Source of the DNA: Bacteroidales bacterium
Lineage (GTDB): Bacteria > Bacteroidota > Bacteroidia > Bacteroidales > VadinHA17
DNA length: 64,000 bases
Direction of reading: 5' to 3'
Assembly: GCA_036743455.1 (NCBI GenBank)
Contig: DAINPM010000006.1
Location: 11,187 to 75,186 of the forward strand
Part shown: piece after piece, positions 57,763 through 64,000 of the stretch
Layout: the number at the start of each line of letters is the position of its first letter
Numbering within the stretch: position 1 is the first letter of the stretch
Notes under the pieces: generated by a model
Seen by the model: only the letters and a program-made list of their open reading frames with translations
Databases searched by the model: none
What the model was told of the DNA's origin: nothing
Translations under genes and position numbers: made by a program

Positions 57763-57889
57763 CAGGTAACATTTAAGATTTAGCAGTAAGCAAATAAACA
57801 ATTCCGAATGCAAGACCCTGACGAACGAAGTGAGTCATTTCCGCATAGCAGAATGCACTACTACAAATAAACTATATTAACATAACACT

Positions 57890-58468
57890 TTGAAGATGAA
57901 AATAAAAGACATTGTAAAAAAATCCCGCTCCTGTCGCCGCTTCGACGAAGGGCATAAGGTAAGCAGTGCCTCCCTTGAAGAACTTATTGAACTGGCACGT
58001 TTATCTCCGTCAGCCTCCAATAAACAACCTCTTAAGTATCTTATTTATAACACTCCTTCCGGCTGTTCAATGGTTTTCTCCTGTCTTAAATGGGCCGGGT
58101 ATCTTGATGACTGGGATGGGCCGGAACCCGGAGAAAGGCCATCAGCTTATATTATTATACTTGGAGACAAATCAATATCCGGTTCTTTCGGGGTTGATCA
58201 TGGAATAGTGTCACAAAGCATTATGCTTGGAGCTGCAGAAAAAGGGCTGGGAGGATGTATCATTGCCTCAGTAGACCGGAACAGGATGAGAAGGGAACTG
58301 GGAATACCTGAACAATTTGAAATATTACTTGTTCTTGCCCTTGGTAAACCGGTTGAAAGAGTGATAATAGAAGAAATTAAAAAAGGAGATGTAAAATACT
58401 GGAGAGATACTGATAAGAATCATCATGTTCCCAAAAGACCTCTTGATGAACTCATAATAAAATTATAA
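57890..58468 (+). CDS. Nitroreductase family protein
   Basis: RSCRRF, ARLSPSASNKQP, D.GI.SQ.IMLGA and HHVPKR. Confidence 0.9.
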   Translation: MKMKIKDIVKKSRSCRRFDEGHKVSSASLEELIELARLSPSASNKQPLKYLIYNTPSGCSMVFSCLKWAGYLDDWDGPEPGERPSAYIIILGDKSISGSFGVDHGIVSQSIMLGAAEKGLGGCIIASVDRNRMRRELGIPEQFEILLVLALGKPVERVIIEEIKKGDVKYWRDTDKNHHVPKRPLDELIIKL

Positions 58469-58515
58469 ATACCTGTCTTTAGTATGGTAAACCGCTGGTA
58501 TCTCTTTTACTCTTT

Positions 58516-59427
58516 TTATCCTTTGATGAAAATAGCCTTGATAATATGACTTGCCATTTTGGGATTTTCTTTCAGACGGCGTGTGGAGTAACCAAACCAG
58601 TCTTTCCCGAAAGGTACATATACTCTCATGTCATGTCCGTTATTCAATATTTCACTGCGAAGCCCCGGAGTGACACCATACAACATCTGAAACTCATACA
58701 AATGTTTTGAGACCTGATATTTTTCTATGAGTTTATATGCTCCTTCAATCAAGGGTCTGTCGTGGGTGGCAATGCCAACGTGTATTTTGTTTTTGAACAT
58801 ATATTCCAGATCTTCCAGATAGTGACTGTTTATTTCTTCATATTTTTTATATGCTATTTCTGCCGGTTCAACATAAATACCCTTACATAGTCTTATGCTC
58901 AAAGGATTTTCCTTACTATTGAGATCTGTCATACTTTTTATATCATCCAGTGTTCTTTTAAGGTAAGCCTGTAAAACAAGTCCCACATTTGCCGGGAACT
59001 CTGTTTTCAGTTTACGGAATAACTCAATTTCCAGAGAGGTACAGGGAGAGTCTTCCATGTCAACTCTGACAAACCTGTTATAGGAGGCTGCCTTTAATAC
59101 TATTTCCCTGATATGCTGATAGCATATTTCCTTATCGATCAGTAAGCCAAAACTTGTCGGTTTGACTGAAAAACTGCCTTTTACTCCATTGCTCTCTGCT
59201 ATATCAATCAGGTTGAGATATTCTTTCTTGTTGGCCTCTGTTTCATCAAGGGTTTTTATAAATTCTCCCAAAACATCAATAGTTACTACCATATCCTGAC
59301 TGTTAAGATCTTTTGAAACGCGCATGGCATCTTCAATCGTCTCTCCGGAGATATAGGTATGAGAAAAAAGCCAGATGAATTTTTTGGGGAAATAGGGTAA
59401 TATAGCTGCAATGAATTTGTTAAACAT
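58516..59427 (-). CDS. Monofunctional proline dehydrogenase
   Basis: YISGE, SVKPT, VRVDME, QAYLKR, RLCKG.Y, ATHD and YVPFG..W.GY..RRL.ENP. Confidence 0.93.
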   Translation of the reverse strand: MFNKFIAAILPYFPKKFIWLFSHTYISGETIEDAMRVSKDLNSQDMVVTIDVLGEFIKTLDETEANKKEYLNLIDIAESNGVKGSFSVKPTSFGLLIDKEICYQHIREIVLKAASYNRFVRVDMEDSPCTSLEIELFRKLKTEFPANVGLVLQAYLKRTLDDIKSMTDLNSKENPLSIRLCKGIYVEPAEIAYKKYEEINSHYLEDLEYMFKNKIHVGIATHDRPLIEGAYKLIEKYQVSKHLYEFQMLYGVTPGLRSEILNNGHDMRVYVPFGKDWFGYSTRRLKENPKMASHIIKAIFIKG

Positions 59428-59580
59428 AATGCTTGTCTTTATTTTAATTAAAAACCATATAAAATTTTTTAATGTGCAATATCATGAATATTGCATTTAT
59501 TCTTTAATGATATTTATTATTTGGAAAACGGGTACAAAGAAAAGATAAATTATTTATTTTGAAATAATTTTTTAGTCAAT

Positions 59581-59607
59581 GCAACCATTTTCTTTTATAC
59601 CATGTCA
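59581..59607 (+). promoter_or_regulatory. Putative ECF-type autoregulatory promoter GCAACC-N16-TGTCA
   Basis: -35 AAC core and -10 GTC core, ending 18 nt upstream of the ECF sigma start. Confidence 0.55.
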
Positions 59608-59625
59608 TAAAATTGTCCCCGGTTT

Positions 59626-60180
59626 ATGATGAGCGACCGACAGATAATAAAAGGCTGTATCAGCCATGACAGGGAGGCACAAAGACTGTTGTATGACAGG
59701 TATTCGCGCTTTCTCCTGGGTGTATGTATGAGGTATGCATCATGTAAAGCTGAGGCAGAGGATATATTGCAGGACTGTTTCCTGAAGATTTTTTTCAACA
59801 TTAAAAACTATAACGGAACAGGTTCTTTCGAGGGATGGTTGAGGAAAATAGCAGTTAACACGGCTATAACCCATTATAATAAGACACTTAAGTCGAGATA
59901 TTATATGGAATTCGGAGAGTATTTATCATCGGAAAAAGGAGAAAAGAGCTTTGAAGAGGATCTTTTCTCAGCAGATGAACTATTTATGGTTTTAAATGAA
60001 TTGTCTGCAGGCTACAGGATGGTTTTTAACCTTTACGCCATCGAGGGATATAAACATAAAGAGATTGCTGCGATGCTGGGTATTGATGTCAATACTTCAA
60101 AATCACAATATAGCAGGGCGAAGGGAGTGATCAGGGATAAACTCAGTAAACTGAGAGAGCTTAAAAAGACTTACAGTTAA
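59626..60180 (+). CDS. ECF sigma-70 factor
   Basis: AQ..LY, AEDILQDCF.KIF, FEGW.RKIAVN and YRMVFNLYAIEGYKHKEIA..LGI...TSKSQYSRA. Confidence 0.95.
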   Translation: MMSDRQIIKGCISHDREAQRLLYDRYSRFLLGVCMRYASCKAEAEDILQDCFLKIFFNIKNYNGTGSFEGWLRKIAVNTAITHYNKTLKSRYYMEFGEYLSSEKGEKSFEEDLFSADELFMVLNELSAGYRMVFNLYAIEGYKHKEIAAMLGIDVNTSKSQYSRAKGVIRDKLSKLRELKKTYS

Positions 60181-60206
60181 AAAATAAAGTAAGATCAGAT
60201 TTTGAG

Positions 60207-61562
60207 ATGGTGAAAAACAGGAAAGAAGACAGAGTGTTAAGTGAACTCTTCAGTAAGAAACTTGAAAATTCTGAAGTTATTCCCTCTGAAGAAGGAGGCA
60301 GAGTCCTGTTCCGCAGACTTGCCAGGAAGGAGTTTTTTCATTTTATCCCCAGTAAATTCAATATATGGTATGCGGGAGGTATTGTTGTCCTGGCTGCTAC
60401 AATTGCATTGGCAGTTATATCCACTTCAGACAGGGAGGCAACTATATACACTGATCCTTTTTCTCCAGATACCGTAAGAACAGAGACAACTATAAGTAAT
60501 AAAGACACAGACTCTCCGGGAATAACTGGCGGAAGTAGCGAAGAGTATCATACAGAACAGTCAGAAGAAACGGGAAGATACATTTTTGAAATAAAAGATG
60601 ATCCTTCAGAGAGTAATGAAGAATATAACAATAATAAGGGTCATTCAGCCGGTGGGAAAACTGTTTTGTCACGCCCCTTACCTGCAGAGACAATAGACTA
60701 TGAGTCATTGTTTATAGATGATGTTAATGAAAGAAACCAGCTCAGAGGTGTACGGAATATCAATAATGCAATTTTCGCATCAGCGACCGAAGGTTGTTCT
60801 CCTCTCAAAGTGTTGTTCGGGGCTGATACCTCATCTTATGAAAAAATTATCTGGTCGTTTGGTGACGGGGGTTCATCTGAAGAAGCAAATCCTGAATGGA
60901 TATTTGATAACCCCGGAGAGTATGAAGTGACGCTCAATATGTACCATCAGGGTGAATTAAAAGCTGAGTCATCGTGTAAGATAAGTGTTTACCCCCGGCC
61001 TGTTACCCGGTTTGAGATTTTACCGGATGACCCTGTGTCGCCTGATGATGAGCTTGTTTTTCAGAATTATTCCACCGGTGCAGATAAATACAGATGGTTT
61101 TTTGGTGACGGTGAGGTTTCTGATTTTGTGGAACCGCAACACAAGTATTCAGTTCAGGGTAATTACAGTATTACTCTGGTAGCTGTTTCAGAACATGGTT
61201 GTACTGATACTCTTACCATCGAAAATGCCTTTTCCTTATCAAACTATATTATAGAATTCCCCAATGCTTTTATCCCAAATCCTGATGGACCTTCAAATGG
61301 CTGGTACTCGGCAAAGAGTGATGAAACAGCCAGCGTTTTCCACCCCTTTGCAAAAGGTGTTTCAGATTATCAACTGAGGATCTTCAGCAAGAACGGTGTC
61401 CTGTTATTTGAAAGCAATGATGTTAACATAGGATGGGACGGCTATTACAATGGCCGTTTATGTGAGCCCGGAGTATATATATGGAAGGTGAGGGGAAATT
61501 TTATTAACAGGGAACCATTTATAAAAATGGGGGATGTGACACTTCTTAACGGCATTTTATAA
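60207..61562 (+). CDS. Anti-sigma-like single-pass protein with two PKD domains and a type-B (CHU_C-like) T9SS C-terminal domain
   Basis: ELF..KLEN.EV.PS N-terminus, transmembrane WYAGGIVVLAATIALAVI, WSFGDG and WFFGDG, FPNAF.PN.DG and GWDG.YNG..CEPGVY.W. Confidence 0.8.
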   Translation: MVKNRKEDRVLSELFSKKLENSEVIPSEEGGRVLFRRLARKEFFHFIPSKFNIWYAGGIVVLAATIALAVISTSDREATIYTDPFSPDTVRTETTISNKDTDSPGITGGSSEEYHTEQSEETGRYIFEIKDDPSESNEEYNNNKGHSAGGKTVLSRPLPAETIDYESLFIDDVNERNQLRGVRNINNAIFASATEGCSPLKVLFGADTSSYEKIIWSFGDGGSSEEANPEWIFDNPGEYEVTLNMYHQGELKAESSCKISVYPRPVTRFEILPDDPVSPDDELVFQNYSTGADKYRWFFGDGEVSDFVEPQHKYSVQGNYSITLVAVSEHGCTDTLTIENAFSLSNYIIEFPNAFIPNPDGPSNGWYSAKSDETASVFHPFAKGVSDYQLRIFSKNGVLLFESNDVNIGWDGYYNGRLCEPGVYIWKVRGNFINREPFIKMGDVTLLNGIL

Positions 61563-61739
61563 AATCCGCAGATGCCCATTCTGAGCTATTTGTCGATCAT
61601 TGTCCTTTTCTTGGATTTTAGTGCAGAATATTAGTCCCGGGAAAATTTAATTGTGTAGTGTCACATTTGGTTGAAAATTCCGTACAAGAGTAATGTATTG
61701 TGAAATGATTTCAGTATTTTCGTTATTCGTAAACCTAAA

Positions 61740-62738
61740 ATGGGAGTTTTGTTCAAAAGGATCAAATATATTGTTCTACTGTCATTTATCCTTTTTCAAC
61801 ATGGTTATAGCCAGGACCCTACTTATTCACAGTTTTACGCCAATCCACTCTATCTGGCGCCCTCATTTGCAGGAGCTACTGAGGAATACAGGCTGGGTCT
61901 GAATTACAGGAACCAGTGGCCTGCTATACCCGGAGTTTTTCATACATACAGTATCTCTTTTGACAGGGCGATGCCGAATTTCAATTCAGGCCTCGGAATA
62001 CTTGCAAGCTATGACGTCGCCGGTTCCGGAGAACTTAGTACAACAAATATAGGATTGCTTTATTCCTATGATTTCAATATATCAAGAGACTGGCATATAA
62101 GGCCGGGTGTTCATTTCAAATTTTATTACCTGGGGCTTGATATTTATAAGCTTGTGTTCAACAGTCAGATGACCGGGAGCGGTACAACACCTTCTGTTTA
62201 TCCCCCGCCTTTTGATAATGTGGCTGACGTCGACTTTGCCACATCAGCTCTTATATATAACGACAGGATCTGGGCAGGATTCACTCTTGACCATCTGTTG
62301 GTACCTAAAACATCTTTTTATGGAGAGGATGCCCATGTGCCTGTCAAATTTAATCTTTTTGGCGGAGTGCAGCTGGTGAAAAAAACAAGGTTGAGAGTCA
62401 AGATGGAAGAAACACTGTCTATTGCGTTGAATTTTCAAAAACAGGCCAATTTTTATCAGACTGATGTTGGTTTGTACTATTTTAAAAGCCCTCTTATTTT
62501 TGGTTTATGGTACAGGGGAATTCCTTTTGTGACTTCCCAGGCAGGCGATGCAATAATAGGACTTGTAGGTTTTAAAACTGATTATCTTCATATAGGATAC
62601 AGTTATGACTTTACTATTTCGAACCTTATTACTTCAACAGCAGGAGCTCATGAGATATCTCTGGTCTATGAGTTCACCTCAGTCGCCTTTAAATCACAGA
62701 GAAGAAAAATGAGAGCCCTTCCTTGTCCCGAATTCTGA
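61740..62738 (+). CDS. PorP/SprF family T9SS outer-membrane protein
   Basis: QDP.YSQFYANPLYL.P..AG, NYRNQWP, IGYSYDFTIS and GAHEISL.Y. Confidence 0.92.
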   Translation: MGVLFKRIKYIVLLSFILFQHGYSQDPTYSQFYANPLYLAPSFAGATEEYRLGLNYRNQWPAIPGVFHTYSISFDRAMPNFNSGLGILASYDVAGSGELSTTNIGLLYSYDFNISRDWHIRPGVHFKFYYLGLDIYKLVFNSQMTGSGTTPSVYPPPFDNVADVDFATSALIYNDRIWAGFTLDHLLVPKTSFYGEDAHVPVKFNLFGGVQLVKKTRLRVKMEETLSIALNFQKQANFYQTDVGLYYFKSPLIFGLWYRGIPFVTSQAGDAIIGLVGFKTDYLHIGYSYDFTISNLITSTAGAHEISLVYEFTSVAFKSQRRKMRALPCPEF

Positions 62739-62820
62739 TCATTTATTGCTTCATCTTCACTGATCGATTCCTTCATTTATATTTATACAGTTCAGGTGCT
62801 TCCTTAAATAGATATTTTTC

Positions 62821-62828
62821 TATATTTG
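62821..62828 (+). promoter_or_regulatory. -7 promoter element TATATTTG
   Basis: Exact match upstream of 62860. Confidence 0.55.
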
Positions 62829-62859
62829 CGACTGACTTATGTTTAATCAATAATATATT

Positions 62860-63462
62860 GTGATGAAGAAACTGCACATTGTCCTGTTTTCCGTTTTATT
62901 TCTGGCAATAGCACTCCTCTATGTACTGTTTTTTACCGGTAAGGACGGGGCCAGGGACGATACTCCGGGTTCTGCTGTTGTTCAATCCGATGCACAGGGA
63001 ATAGCTTTTGTGAACATAGATTCGGTTATCTATAATTTTGAAATGTTTCACGACAGAAGTGATGAATTGATGGCCAAACAGCAAAAAGCAGAAGCTGAGC
63101 TTACCAATAAGGGCACTCAGTACGAAAGAAGTGCCAGAGATTACCAGGACAAAGTGAACAAGGGGCTTGTTACAAGAGCTACTGCGGCAGAGTTGGAACA
63201 GTCTCTTTATCAGCAACAACAGGAGCTGGTGGCTCTCCGTGATAACCTTCAGTCTGGCCTGATCGAAGAAGAACAGGTAATGAACAGACAGATAGTCGAA
63301 TATATTACTTCGTATCTCGAAGATAAGCAGGCAGATTATAATTTTCAGTATATCCTCGGGAAAAGCTTTGGCAGCGTTGTCCTGTACGGCGATTCAGCTC
63401 TCGATATAACAGACAGACTCGTTGAAGAACTGAACAGTAAATACCTGGCAGAAAAAAAATAA
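62860..63462 (+). CDS. OmpH/Skp family protein with N-terminal anchor, third copy
   Basis: IAFVNIDSV..N, coiled coil and LYGD.ALDIT..LVE.LN..Y. Confidence 0.85.
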   Translation: MMKKLHIVLFSVLFLAIALLYVLFFTGKDGARDDTPGSAVVQSDAQGIAFVNIDSVIYNFEMFHDRSDELMAKQQKAEAELTNKGTQYERSARDYQDKVNKGLVTRATAAELEQSLYQQQQELVALRDNLQSGLIEEEQVMNRQIVEYITSYLEDKQADYNFQYILGKSFGSVVLYGDSALDITDRLVEELNSKYLAEKK

Positions 63463-63467
63463 AACAT

Positions 63468-64000
63468 ATGGCTTTTGCCACTTTGTGGCTTGAGAAAAAA
63501 GCTCTTTTCCCACAACTTGTCGAAGAGCCTTCTGAAAAATCAACAGGTATTATTGTAGTCATACCTGCTTTTGATGAACCGGAAATAGCCAAACTTCTTG
63601 ATTCCCTGGCTTCCTGTACACCCCCTTCATGCGGAGTGGAGATTATCGTTATAGTCAATGCGGGTCTTGATGCTGCAGAAGAAAGCATCCTTAATAACCG
63701 GCTGTGTGTTGATTCTGTTATTAAGTGGAAGAGCACAAACCCCGGATGTTTTTTCAGACTTTTTGTTTTTGATACCGGACGCTCACTTATCCCCGGATGG
63801 GGAGCAGGACTGGCCAGAAAAACAGGGATGGACGAAGCTCTGAGACGTTTCAGTACAGCCGGTAATCCAGAAGGTGTAATAGTAAGTCTTGATGCTGACT
63901 GTACAGTGGAAAAAAACTATTTTATATCTGTTAGCAATGATCTCCTGTATAATAAAGATAAATATGCCTGTTCAATTTATTTCGAACATCCTGTTGGCGG
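63468..64000 (+). CDS. GT2/GT-A glycosyltransferase (3'-truncated by the window edge); not in the ORF track
   Basis: Hand translation gives MAFATLWLEKK..IIVVIPAFDE..EIIVIVN..GAGLARKTGMDEA..VSLDADC, open to the end of the window. Confidence 0.8.
   Translation, partial: MAFATLWLEKKALFPQLVEEPSEKSTGIIVVIPAFDEPEIAKLLDSLASCTPPSCGVEIIVIVNAGLDAAEESILNNRLCVDSVIKWKSTNPGCFFRLFVFDTGRSLIPGWGAGLARKTGMDEALRRFSTAGNPEGVIVSLDADCTVEKNYFISVSNDLLYNKDKYACSIYFEHPVG

Noticed and set aside
63658-63843. 61-aa ORF at the window end
   Set aside because: It is out of frame within the glycosyltransferase gene that starts at 63468.
1-64000. Dozens of 60-160 aa ORFs antisense or out of frame within long genes (for example 1006-1389, 29653-30069, 35722-36189, 40937-41404, 56312-56797)
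   Set aside because: They are shadows of well-supported genes, with no family motifs, promoters or independent start context.
1-64000. tRNA, rRNA, CRISPR array, transposase, integrase or prophage
   Set aside because: I saw no T-loop/cloverleaf signatures, no regularly spaced repeats and no mobile-element motifs. The intergenic gaps are short.

Overview
A 64 kb chromosomal segment from an anaerobic Bacteroidales-type genome. The taxonomy is inferred from repeated TAnnTTTG -7 promoters, GldD/GldE, type IX secretion (T9SS) signals, KorAB and the DUF6089-uppS-bamA-ompH block. It holds about 60 densely packed genes in standard genetic code. Most are housekeeping: hisS, ychF, ssb, HU, rng, dsbD, pth, rplY, prs, engB, manA, pdxJ, nadK, uppS, bamA, murI, korAB, fabD, folE, mqnB and mqnD. 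I found no tRNA, rRNA, CRISPR array, transposase or prophage. The strongest candidate for an undescribed system is a translationally coupled pair of about 1000-aa paralogues directly after korAB. Each combines a receiver domain, a PEP-synthase-type ATP-grasp domain and an apparent C-terminal phospho-His swivel domain, with no pyruvate-binding barrel. The second candidate is an ECF sigma factor followed by an anti-sigma-like, membrane-anchored PKD protein that carries a type-B T9SS signal, next to a PorP/SprF gene. Other points of interest are a 29-aa bS22-like ribosomal protein missed by the ORF track, a PafA phosphatase with substituted catalytic residues, a YchF with an altered switch I, a CBM9-CE15 esterase, a PTPS-II-type pterin synthase and structured RNAs flanking rplY. 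All product calls come from motifs recognised by eye; no database searches were run.
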